NCBI GenBank assembly: GCA_041572575.1 | Contig: JBFFSH010000010.1 | Coordinates: 1-48,967 of the forward strand | Direction of reading: 5' to 3' | DNA: 48,967 bases | Source of the DNA: Thermodesulfobacteriota bacterium | GTDB lineage: Bacteria > Desulfobacterota_D > UBA1144 > Nemesobacterales > N074bin48 | Part shown: in pieces, positions 39,159 to 47,900 of the stretch | How positions within the stretch are numbered: the first letter of the stretch is position 1 | Layout of the letters: each line of letters opens with the position of its first letter | Position numbers and translations under genes: made by a program | The notes under the pieces: model-generated | The model's database searches: none | Seen by the model: the letters and a program-made list of their open reading frames with translations, nothing else | Told to the model about the DNA's origin: nothing

Positions 39159-40507
39159 GCACTTTTAAAGTACTTATAGTTGATGATGACCAGGAATATG
39201 TAAACACATTAAAGGAGCTTCTCGAAAGAAACCATATTACAGTTATTGCCGCTTATTCTGGAGAAGAAGCTTTAGAGATGTTTACAAACAATCCCGATAT
39301 AAGGCTTGCCCTCGTTGACCTTATTATGCCTATGATGGACGGTATTACTCTTATGGAAAAACTAAAAGAAAAAAATAGTGAACTGAATATTATTATGATC
39401 ACGGGTCAGGGCACCGTAACAAATGCTGTAGAAGCTCTAAAAAAAGGCGCTAATGACTTTATTACAAAACCTTTCGATAAAGACATACTTTTAAGCAAGC
39501 TTGAGATATACAGAAAATCATATGAGCTGGAAAACAAGGTTGAAAGTCTGTCTAGTATAATATCCACCAAATATGGTTTTGACAAAATAGTTAGCAGCTC
39601 CAAATCAATGAAAACTGTGTTTGAAAAAGCAGCAGCAGCAGCAAGAACCGATGCTACGGTTTTTTTAGTCGGTGAAACCGGTACAGGAAAAGAACTTCTT
39701 GCTAAATCTATCCACATAAAGAGCGACAGAAGCCGGTATCCGTTTATCCCCATAAATTGTGGCGCGATCCCAAAAGAGCTTTTGGAATCAGAACTCTTTG
39801 GACATAAAAAGGGTTCTTTTACAGGCGCAGATAAAGATAATCAGGGTCTTTTTCTTGCAGCGCAGCGGGGCACCATTCTTTTGGATGAAATCGGTGAAAT
39901 GTCAAAGGACCTACAGGTAAGACTACTGAGAGTATTACAAGAGCAAAAAATAAGGCCTATAGGCGGATCAAACGAAATTCCAATCGACACCAGAGTTATT
40001 GCGGCAAGCAATCACAGTATAGAAGATCTGAAAAATAAAGAATTGAGGGAAGACCTGTTCTTCAGACTTGCCGTGATTGTTATAGAGATACCACCACTTA
40101 GAGATAGAAAAGAAGACATACCTATTCTTATAAATCACTTTATTAATATATTCAACTCTAAATATGATAAGAACATTAGCGGAGTAAATGAAGATGTCTT
40201 GTCCATACTGTATAATTATGACTTCCCGGGAAACATAAGGGAACTTGAAAATCTTTTTCAGGGTATAGTAGTGCTAGCACCGGAGGACAAGAAGTTTATC
40301 AATGAAAAAGACCTGAAAGCCAGTCTGGTTTGGCATGATACCAAAACATCTACTAAGTCTGTTTTATCACTTGAAAAAGTAGAAAGATTTGCGATTGAAA
40401 ACGCTATAAGACAGGCTAAAGGCAACAAATCAAAAGCAGCAGAACTTCTAGGTGTCTCAAGGGATACACTGTATAGAAAACTCAAGCAGTATAACCTCGA
40501 AGAATAG
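39155..40507 (+). CDS. NtrC/AtoC-family sigma54-dependent response regulator; TTG start
   Basis: REC (VDDD, DLIMP, KP), GETGTGKE, ESELFGH.KGSFTGA, LDEIGE, PGNIREL, Fis-type HTH. Confidence 0.96.
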   Translation: MSTFKVLIVDDDQEYVNTLKELLERNHITVIAAYSGEEALEMFTNNPDIRLALVDLIMPMMDGITLMEKLKEKNSELNIIMITGQGTVTNAVEALKKGANDFITKPFDKDILLSKLEIYRKSYELENKVESLSSIISTKYGFDKIVSSSKSMKTVFEKAAAAARTDATVFLVGETGTGKELLAKSIHIKSDRSRYPFIPINCGAIPKELLESELFGHKKGSFTGADKDNQGLFLAAQRGTILLDEIGEMSKDLQVRLLRVLQEQKIRPIGGSNEIPIDTRVIAASNHSIEDLKNKELREDLFFRLAVIVIEIPPLRDRKEDIPILINHFINIFNSKYDKNISGVNEDVLSILYNYDFPGNIRELENLFQGIVVLAPEDKKFINEKDLKASLVWHDTKTSTKSVLSLEKVERFAIENAIRQAKGNKSKAAELLGVSRDTLYRKLKQYNLEE

Positions 40508-40559
40508 TATTTTATTCTAAATATATTAAATACCCCTACATTTCACTCTATGATAAAGC

Positions 40560-40583
40560 TGTAAGCATTTCTTACACCTTACA
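40560..40583. promoter_or_regulatory. Putative UAS, TGT-N11-ACA-N4-ACA
   Basis: TGTAAGCATTTCTTACA-cctt-ACA (6-bp perfect inverted arms). Confidence 0.75.
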
Positions 40584-40623
40584 ACTAGTTTACCAAAAAC
40601 CGCCCAAATAACGCAATTAAGTA

Positions 40624-40639
40624 TGGTATGGAGATTGCA
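40624..40639 (+). promoter_or_regulatory. Sigma54 promoter of the usp-pgk-CBS operon
   Basis: TGGTATGGAGATTGCA. Confidence 0.8.
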
Positions 40640-40669
40640 CATATTACTAAAAACACGGGCGGTGATACA

Positions 40670-41095
40670 ATGATAAAAAAAATAGTTTTTCCAACAGACT
40701 TTTCAGAATACTCATCAAAAGCCAGAGACTATGTAGCAGAACTCGCAGGTACTCTGGGCTCCAGAGTTTATATAATTCATGCAATCGAGCCAATTCAGTA
40801 TGAAGAAGATGATGAAGAGATTAAACAGTTCTACAGAAACATTGAATTAGAAATTAACAATAAGATTGAAAAGGAAAAGGACTACTTCTTACAAAAAAAC
40901 ATAGATGTTTACACAGATACGGTAATCGGTTCTGCATGGAAAGTAATCAACACATATGCAAAGGAAAAAGAAATTGACCTTATCGTCATGGGATCGCACG
41001 GTTTTAAAACTGAAAAAGATGAAGTTGTAATAGGTACTACGAGCCACAAAGTGGTTCTCACTTCACCATGCCCTGTATTGATAGTAAGAAATTAA
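40670..41095 (+). CDS. Universal stress protein, single domain
   Basis: MIKKIVFPTDFS, DLIVMGSHG, IGTTSHKVV..SPCPVLIV; ATG 40670 after GGCGGTG RBS. Confidence 0.93.
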   Translation: MIKKIVFPTDFSEYSSKARDYVAELAGTLGSRVYIIHAIEPIQYEEDDEEIKQFYRNIELEINNKIEKEKDYFLQKNIDVYTDTVIGSAWKVINTYAKEKEIDLIVMGSHGFKTEKDEVVIGTTSHKVVLTSPCPVLIVRN

Positions 41096-41110
41096 TCCAA
41101 GGTAAAATTT

Positions 41111-42364
41111 ATGAATAGACTCTTCATAGACGACATGCCCGACAGTTTTTATAAGGACAAAAAGGTTCTGGTAAGGGTAGATTACAATGTTCCTGCAATA
41201 AGAGGGCAAATTAAAGAAGATTACAGGATCAGACAGACAATTCCTACCATAGAATACTTATCTGAACGGGGAGCAAAAACAATATTGATCTCTCACCTGG
41301 GAAGACCAGGGGGCACCCCGGATAAAAAGCTGTCTCTAAAACCTATAGCCGAAAGACTTGTTGAAATTTTAAAAGTAAGAAATGTAAAATTTGTTGATCA
41401 ATGCATTGGTAATCATGTCAATTATCTTGCAGATCATTTACATAAGGGTGAGGTATTGCTTCTTGAAAACCTAAGGTTTCTTAATGATGAAGAAGATAAT
41501 GATCCCGAGTTTTGCAGACTGTTTTCGGATATAGCAGATATATATGTTAATGATGCCTTTAGCACTTCACATAGAACCCACGCATCTACTTACGGAATTC
41601 CCATGCTTTTCGAACACAAACTGGGAGGCTTTGTACTCAAAAACGAACTATATAATTTAGATAAAATTAAAGAAAACCCAAAAAGACCGTTTCTTGCAAT
41701 TGTGGGAGGATCTAAAGGAAAAGAAAAGATAGGTGCAATAAGCAGTCTAGTAAAATATGCAGACACTATTCTAATAGGTGGATGTGTAGCTAATACTTTT
41801 TTGGCAGCAAGAGGAATATCAGTTGGCGACTCAAATATTGCAAATAAATCTATAGAACAGGCCAAAACTATACTGAGGGACTATGCAGATAAAATTATCC
41901 TGCCCGATGATTTCCTGGTCGAAGATTGTGACCGTAGGGAAATTTTGAAAAATGTTCATTATGAAATACCTCTTGGACAAAAAGTTGTTGATATTGGAAG
42001 AGATACTACATACTATTATTCACATCAAATATTAAATAACAATGGAACAATATTCTGGAGTGGCCCGATGGGACAGTTTGAAGTTGATGAATACGCGCAT
42101 GGCACAAACGAAATTGCAAAGTCTGTGTCCTATGCGCATTGGAGAGGAGCATACACTGTTGTTGGCGGTGGGGATACAATTGCAGCGATCCGAAAAGCCG
42201 ATGTGCTGCTAAATGAAATTGACTTTGTATCTACCGGTGGAAGTGCCACTTTAAAATATTTAGCAGGGATAAACCTTCCTGGAATATCGGTTTTATCAGA
42301 GCAATTAAGCGATAAGAATAATGTAATAAAATTAAATTATGGAGGTGATACCTTATGCTTGTAA
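41111..42364 (+). CDS. pgk: Phosphoglycerate kinase (divergent)
   Basis: VRVDYNVP, SHLGRP, LLENLRF, VNDAF..SHR.HAS, GGGDT, STGG. Confidence 0.9.
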   Translation: MNRLFIDDMPDSFYKDKKVLVRVDYNVPAIRGQIKEDYRIRQTIPTIEYLSERGAKTILISHLGRPGGTPDKKLSLKPIAERLVEILKVRNVKFVDQCIGNHVNYLADHLHKGEVLLLENLRFLNDEEDNDPEFCRLFSDIADIYVNDAFSTSHRTHASTYGIPMLFEHKLGGFVLKNELYNLDKIKENPKRPFLAIVGGSKGKEKIGAISSLVKYADTILIGGCVANTFLAARGISVGDSNIANKSIEQAKTILRDYADKIILPDDFLVEDCDRREILKNVHYEIPLGQKVVDIGRDTTYYYSHQILNNNGTIFWSGPMGQFEVDEYAHGTNEIAKSVSYAHWRGAYTVVGGGDTIAAIRKADVLLNEIDFVSTGGSATLKYLAGINLPGISVLSEQLSDKNNVIKLNYGGDTLCL

Positions 42365-42741
42365 AAGAATGTATGACAAAAGATCCTATTACTATATCAA
42401 CCGATGAAGATGTTCAGTATGCGTTTTATATATTAAAGAAACATGACATTAAACAACTACCAGTCACAAACAACGGATATATATTAGGGATTGTGACTGA
42501 AAGAGATCTGAGAATGTTAATTGAAAAAGAGTACGGTATAAAAATAGAATCTGCTATGAGTACTAATCTGCAAACAATAAGTGAAGACGATAGGATTGAG
42601 AAAGCTGCTCAAATCATACATTACAAAAAGTATAATGCTCTTCCAGTTGTGGACAATACGGATAAACTTGTAGGAATTATAACCGTAACAGACATTATTG
42701 AAGGACTTTTAACAATTATAAATGATCAAAAGAATCAATAA
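42355..42741 (+). CDS. CBS-pair domain protein
   Basis: VKECMT..PITI, LPV..GIVTERDL, LPVVD..LVGIITVTDI. Confidence 0.92.
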   Translation: MLVKECMTKDPITISTDEDVQYAFYILKKHDIKQLPVTNNGYILGIVTERDLRMLIEKEYGIKIESAMSTNLQTISEDDRIEKAAQIIHYKKYNALPVVDNTDKLVGIITVTDIIEGLLTIINDQKNQ

Positions 42742-42796
42742 TACTAAACTTTGTCAGTATATATAAATTTGTATATTGGGGAACATAACGATAACC

Positions 42797-43243
42797 ATGT
42801 TTTATTTGAAGGGATTTAACTACATAATCACGATAATCCTTTATGTGCTTATAGCAAACTTTGCGCTGTCTCAATATGAAGAAGACCCACAAGAATTAAA
42901 CGAAGAACAAATCATTGAAAACATATCACCTGAGCAAGCATACAAAATGATTGAGGCTAATACAGGTAACAACAATTTTATTATTCTTGATCTAAGAACA
43001 CCCCAAGAGCATAGAGAAGAACATATTGAAAAATCTAAAAACATTAACTTCCTTTCAGAAAATTTTAGAAAAGAATTAAACAATCTGGATAAAGAAAATA
43101 CCTATATCATCCATTGCCGATCCGGTAGTAGAGCAGCAAAAACTCTTCCAATTATGAAAGAGTCTGGTTTTAAAAAAGTATATAATTTTCAAGGAATAAT
43201 TCAGTGGAAAGAAGCCGGACTTGAAACAGTGAAGACCAAATAA
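42797..43243 (+). CDS. Exported rhodanese-like domain protein
   Basis: Signal-like N-terminus, ILDLRTPQE..HI, HCRSGSRA. Confidence 0.85.
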   Translation: MFYLKGFNYIITIILYVLIANFALSQYEEDPQELNEEQIIENISPEQAYKMIEANTGNNNFIILDLRTPQEHREEHIEKSKNINFLSENFRKELNNLDKENTYIIHCRSGSRAAKTLPIMKESGFKKVYNFQGIIQWKEAGLETVKTK

Positions 43244-43258
43244 AATCGGGATAAATAT

Positions 43259-44329
43259 ATGCTTAAATTACTGAGATATTCATTATTAGCATTTATTCTA
43301 CTTACTATTCCAGAGGCTTTAGCACAGGATGATTTACAAACCAAAGCCCAGGCCCTGTTTAAGGCAATACCTGATAGCCCGCCTCAATTTGAAAACAACC
43401 CGGCAACGGCTGATAAAATCAAGCTTGGCAAAATGCTGTATTTTGAACCTCGCTTGTCTGCCTCTCATTTAATAAGCTGCAATACTTGTCATAACTTAGG
43501 CACAGGTGGTGTTGACCTGCAGGAAACCTCAGTAGGTCATGGCTGGCAGAAAGGTCCTAGAAACGCGCCTACAGTTCTAAATGCCGTTTTCAATATAGCA
43601 CAGTTTTGGGACGGAAGGGCAAAGGATCTCGCCGATCAGGCTAAGGGACCTGTTCAGGCAACAGTAGAGATGAATAATAATCCTCAACGAGTAGTTGCAA
43701 CGCTAAAGAGTATGCCTGAATATCGCAATTTATTTGCTCTGGCTTTTCCAAAACAAAAAGAACACACTAGCTTTGAAAATGTTGTAAAGGCTATAGAGGT
43801 ATTTGAGGCAACACTTCTAACACCTGATTCGAGGTTTGATGAATTTCTTAAAGGAAACGCTAAAGCTCTAAGCAGCCAGGAAAAGGAAGGATTAAGGCTC
43901 TTCATGGATAAGGGATGTGCAAGTTGTCACAATGGAATAAACCTTGGCGGAAATAGCTACTTTCCTTTTGGTGTAGTACAAAATCCCGGAGCTGAAATAC
44001 TTCCCCCTGGAGATAAGGGCCGGTTTAAGGTAACAAAGACCGCAAGTGATGAATATGTGTTTAAGGTCCCGACCCTGCGTAATATTCAGCTAACACCTCC
44101 ATACTTTCATTCCGGCAAAGTATGGAGCCTGAAAGAAGCTGTATCCATCATGGGCTCATCTCAATTAGGAATAAAACTTGATGACAACCAAATCGGTAAA
44201 ATTACCATTTTCCTAAACTCCCTAAATGGCAAACAGGTTAAGACGGAATATCCAATACTACCTGCCAATACTGAGGATACACCAAAACCTATATTAAAAA
44301 CTATAAATGGGAGCAATCAAGGTCATTAG
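43259..44329 (+). CDS. ccp: Di-heme cytochrome c peroxidase
   Basis: SCNTCH, RNAPTVLN, QFWDGRA, GCASCH, FKVPTLRN..TPPYFH. Confidence 0.95.
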   Translation: MLKLLRYSLLAFILLTIPEALAQDDLQTKAQALFKAIPDSPPQFENNPATADKIKLGKMLYFEPRLSASHLISCNTCHNLGTGGVDLQETSVGHGWQKGPRNAPTVLNAVFNIAQFWDGRAKDLADQAKGPVQATVEMNNNPQRVVATLKSMPEYRNLFALAFPKQKEHTSFENVVKAIEVFEATLLTPDSRFDEFLKGNAKALSSQEKEGLRLFMDKGCASCHNGINLGGNSYFPFGVVQNPGAEILPPGDKGRFKVTKTASDEYVFKVPTLRNIQLTPPYFHSGKVWSLKEAVSIMGSSQLGIKLDDNQIGKITIFLNSLNGKQVKTEYPILPANTEDTPKPILKTINGSNQGH

Positions 44330-44405
44330 TAATATCTTTTATACTATTTAAACGCTAGCTGAAAATAATCAGTAGAACAACTACAGTTGCCATTATTAAC
44401 ATGAT

Positions 44406-46034
44406 TCATATGCCCGGATTGGCTTTATTTCCTTGAGATGTCTTACCGGATGCCAGAATAGATTGCTCATAATGTTGTATTATCCTTGCAATATGTTTAC
44501 TAACACGCCTTAACCATCTAATAGCCTCAAGGTTTTCTGTGCCTGTCGCAACATCATACTGTCCCGATGCCACTTTATCCATAACGCTCTGTCTGAAGGG
44601 TTTTACCAGCTTGTGTATTTTCGACGAAGTATCTTTAGCCTGCCAAACGGCATGTGTCCAATGATGATTTTTAATATCTCCTAAAATTTTATCAATACTG
44701 ATTTTAAGCAAATCGGCCTGCACTGAAAGATCGGCACTCTCTCTAGCAGTTATTGCCCTATCCTCCTGCTCTTCGCATCTCTCAAGGAGCCGCTGCAAAT
44801 GATCCAGGGCATGAATCATGTTTACCAGCCTTTCCCAGTTTACCCCCATCCCGGATTCAACATTAATTTTGTCTATATAAGACTGTGTATCGTTAATTGC
44901 CGATTGTAGTTCATCAATGTCTATTCTTTTTTCTTTGCCCTTACCGCCTAGAATTGCGCTAATATGTGAGAGTAAACCCAGGGTTTCACTTTTTATCGTA
45001 GTTTGAACTGCATTAAGTGCTAAATTTGGATCCTCAAGCAAAGTAAAATCAAGTTTTTGAGTATATGTTGAAATTTTACCAGGAATCAATTTTTCCATAA
45101 AACCGGCAAAATGCCCTGTAAACGGGATTATCAGAAACACGCCCAATGTATTAAAAAATGTATGAAACGCTACGAGCGCAATTTCTGCATTATTTATAAG
45201 CTGCCCGGGGGCAAGGTATTCCCATATTGAAGTGTATGGAGTAATTAAGAACAAAGCCATTGTAGCTGTTAGGAAGTTGTAAATCACATGGGAAAATCCT
45301 GTTCTTTTTGCACCAACAGAACCTCCGATGGTAGCCATTGCTGCCGTAATCGTTGTTCCTATATCCATTCCTATTACTAAAGCAGCGGCTTGGTTAAAGT
45401 TTATCAGGTCAGTAAAGAGTGCAGTCAGAGCCGCAACGACTCCAGCACTTGATGACTGGGTAATCGCCGAAAATAAAAGCCCAATACCAAGAAGTAATAT
45501 TCTGCTTAAAAAAGTGTCTGCGGGAAGGTTTTGAAATGAAATAAAACCGTGCAGTTCTATCATTGACTGCTGCATAGCCGTAATTCCAACAAATATCAGT
45601 CCAAAACCGGCAATCGAATACCCAATTGCACTAAGACGTCCCTTGGTAAAAAGTCTCAGCACTGCACCTATAAATACCAGCGGTAAAAATATATTTACCA
45701 GACTTAGTTTAAATCCAAGGATTGCAATCAGCCAGCCCTTAAAAGTGGTCCCGATATTAGCGCCAAAAATAATCCCGAGCGCCTGGGGAAATGTTAATAT
45801 CTCTGCCCCCACAAAACCCACTGCTGCCACAGTAGTTGCGCTTGATGATTGCAGAACCGCTGTACTTGCGGCACCTGTAAGAGCACCCGTTGCCGGACTG
45901 CTTGTAAAACGCATAAGTACTGACCGCATTGCGCTTCCTGCAAGCGTTCGAAGTCCGTCGGTAAGCACAATCATCCCTAGCAAAAAAAGACCAATGCCTC
46001 CGGCAGTCTGAATTATTATTTGAATATTGCTCAT
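44406..46034 (-). CDS. Na/Pi cotransporter family protein
   Basis: GGIGLFLLGM, LQSSSATT, GANIGTT, repeat TQSSSA/GMDIGTT. Confidence 0.92.
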   Translation of the reverse strand: MSNIQIIIQTAGGIGLFLLGMIVLTDGLRTLAGSAMRSVLMRFTSSPATGALTGAASTAVLQSSSATTVAAVGFVGAEILTFPQALGIIFGANIGTTFKGWLIAILGFKLSLVNIFLPLVFIGAVLRLFTKGRLSAIGYSIAGFGLIFVGITAMQQSMIELHGFISFQNLPADTFLSRILLLGIGLLFSAITQSSSAGVVAALTALFTDLINFNQAAALVIGMDIGTTITAAMATIGGSVGAKRTGFSHVIYNFLTATMALFLITPYTSIWEYLAPGQLINNAEIALVAFHTFFNTLGVFLIIPFTGHFAGFMEKLIPGKISTYTQKLDFTLLEDPNLALNAVQTTIKSETLGLLSHISAILGGKGKEKRIDIDELQSAINDTQSYIDKINVESGMGVNWERLVNMIHALDHLQRLLERCEEQEDRAITARESADLSVQADLLKISIDKILGDIKNHHWTHAVWQAKDTSSKIHKLVKPFRQSVMDKVASGQYDVATGTENLEAIRWLRRVSKHIARIIQHYEQSILASGKTSQGNKANPGI

Positions 46035-46128
46035 TAGCCCTGCCAGTTATTAAATTAATATATAAATGGCAATCTTGATTATAGTTGTTGATATTTAGCT
46101 TATACTGAGAGGAAATATCATATAAATT

Positions 46129-46794
46129 TCACACATTATAACTAGCATTTTCTGCTTCACCGGTCATAGGAACGAACCTCACCAGGGTTATTCTTTTTTT
46201 TGTCAGTCCACTTTTTTCCTTGATAATTAATTTTAATTCCTGATATTCCTCTTCTAACGGAATTACCATTCGCCCCCCAATTTTTAACTGATCCACGAGG
46301 GGTTTTGGCAATACTTTAGGACAAGCAGTTACTATTATTGCATCAAAAGGAGATTTTTCTTTCCACCCCTGATAGCCATCTCCAATTTTAAAATTTATAT
46401 TCTCATAGCCAAGATTATCCAGGGTCTCCTTTGCTCTAAGACCCAGGCTCTCAATAATTTCAATAGTATATACCCTGCAGCCCAGATCAGAGAGAATGGC
46501 CGTTTGATAACCGCACCCTGTACCTATCTCAAGAACTTTATCTCCTTTTTGTAAATCTAATAAATCAGTCATTAAGGCAACTATATATGGTTGGGATATA
46601 GTTTGATCTTCTCCTATTGGCAAGGGGCCATCAGAATAGGAATACAGTGAGTATTCTTTGGGAATAAACAGGTGGCGCGGGACTCTTAAAAATGTTGTTA
46701 ATAACTTTTTGCTTTTTATGCCGCGGGCCTTAATTTGCTCGTTAACCATATTCGTACGCGCATTCGTGTAGTTGTAATCTGCATTAGTTTCCAT
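46129..46794 (-). CDS. pcm: Protein-L-isoaspartate O-methyltransferase
   Basis: VPRHLF, QTISQPY, VLEIGTGCGYQTA, GDGYQGW, VRFVPM. Confidence 0.95.
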   Translation of the reverse strand: METNADYNYTNARTNMVNEQIKARGIKSKKLLTTFLRVPRHLFIPKEYSLYSYSDGPLPIGEDQTISQPYIVALMTDLLDLQKGDKVLEIGTGCGYQTAILSDLGCRVYTIEIIESLGLRAKETLDNLGYENINFKIGDGYQGWKEKSPFDAIIVTACPKVLPKPLVDQLKIGGRMVIPLEEEYQELKLIIKEKSGLTKKRITLVRFVPMTGEAENASYNV

Positions 46795-46809
46795 TGTAAT
46801 ACCCTCATA

Positions 46810-46899
46810 CTATTGCCCTGATCTCATAAACCAGATTGCTGCAAATATTATTAAAGCGACTACTATGATATAAACAAACCCTCCGCCTATTGCTTCCAT
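46810..46899 (-). CDS. 29-aa single-TM microprotein (missing from the ORF track)
   Basis: MEAIGGGFVYIIVVALIIFAAIWFMRSGQ*, GGGAAGG RBS, sits between ybaK and pcm on the same strand. Confidence 0.6.
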   Translation of the reverse strand: MEAIGGGFVYIIVVALIIFAAIWFMRSGQ

Positions 46900-46979
46900 A
46901 TTACCTTCCCATAAAAATTATGTATTTAACCGACTTTTTTCTTTTGATTAATTCCCCCGTACTGAATTATATAATTATT

Positions 46980-47447
46980 TCAGTTTTTTTCCGAAAATTT
47001 CAATATCTTTGGTTTTACCAGTCTCTCAAAGTCTTTATAAGAAAGCCTTATTAACTCGGAATGAGTACCGGCGTTAAAGAATATCTCTTCATCTTCGGCA
47101 AGACTCCGGGCTACATAAACATCCATGCCGTAGAGGTTTCCAAACGGCGGCATGGCACCGACCTCACAATCGGCAAACATATCTTTAAACTCCTGCTCAT
47201 CCGCAAGACTTATTCTAATTGCTCCCGATGCTTCCTCAAGAAGTTTAAAATCTACATGGTAAGAAGCAGGAAGCACCGCCATAGCCATCTTACCATCAAG
47301 TTTAATCATAACAGTTTTTGCAAGCTCTTTTCCAGAAACATGCGCATTCTCCGCTATCTGCTGAGCAGTAAATGCGGGAGAGTGCTTTATGGTAATATAT
47401 TTTATATTATTCTCATCTAAATAGTTTTTAAGTTTTTGTACAGGCAT
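46980..47447 (-). CDS. YbaK/EbsC/ProXp family aminoacyl-tRNA deacylase
   Basis: [26 protein letters not shown]. Confidence 0.9.
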   Translation of the reverse strand: MPVQKLKNYLDENNIKYITIKHSPAFTAQQIAENAHVSGKELAKTVMIKLDGKMAMAVLPASYHVDFKLLEEASGAIRISLADEQEFKDMFADCEVGAMPPFGNLYGMDVYVARSLAEDEEIFFNAGTHSELIRLSYKDFERLVKPKILKFSEKN

Positions 47448-47512
47448 TGTTTACCCCCTTATTTAAATTACTCAAAACTAGATTGTTGTTGTTTAGTTCC
47501 TACTACTAGTAA

Positions 47513-47528
47513 TTCAATTAAGGTGCCA
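47513..47528 (-). promoter_or_regulatory. Sigma54 promoter (variant -12) of the ybaK-pcm operon
   Basis: Minus strand TGGCACCTTAATTGAA. Confidence 0.7.
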
Positions 47529-47579
47529 AAATAATATTCAATAGTTAAAGGTAATTAGATTTATATATATTTGGTATGG

Positions 47580-47603
47580 TGTCTAATAATCTTACAGCTT
47601 ACA
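47580..47603. promoter_or_regulatory. Putative UAS, TGT-N11-ACA-N4-ACA
   Basis: TGTCTAATAATCTTACA-gctt-ACA. Confidence 0.7.
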
Positions 47604-47838
47604 TCACAAGATATTTAAAGTGGTTAATTAATAGAATTTGATATAATTTAATAATTGAGGAAATTTGATAAATACTGCGATAATAAATTAAGATGTCAGT
47701 GTCTATGTCGGTAAGTCAATTGGCTATTTCATACAAACAGACTAAACAAAAAATGCAGGAAAGGAATTTTTTGCACAAATACTGAATTTATTGAATGTTT
47801 TGCAATGTCGGAAAATCCAGGAACATCCCGTTTTAGCC

Positions 47839-47880
47839 TTTAGGACGCAATGGCCTCTGGTCAGAGCTCGGTCACATTTA
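47839..47880 (+). repeat. Second, more decayed copy of the tRNA-Pro 3' half (old attR)
   Basis: tttaggacgcaatggcctctggtcagagctcggtcacattta aligns ungapped to 11202-11243 at 30/42 (manual count). Confidence 0.6.
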
Positions 47881-47900
47881 TGGATAATTTTAAAACCAAT

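Noticed and set aside
47535..47555. IHF sites between UAS and sigma54 promoters
   Set aside because: Only partial matches to WATCAANNNNTTR in very AT-rich DNA; not distinguishable from chance.
46980..47880. Functional link between the YbaK/ProXp deacylase and the nearby tRNA-Pro scar
   Set aside because: YbaK-like genes are common in such stress clusters; the proximity is probably coincidental.
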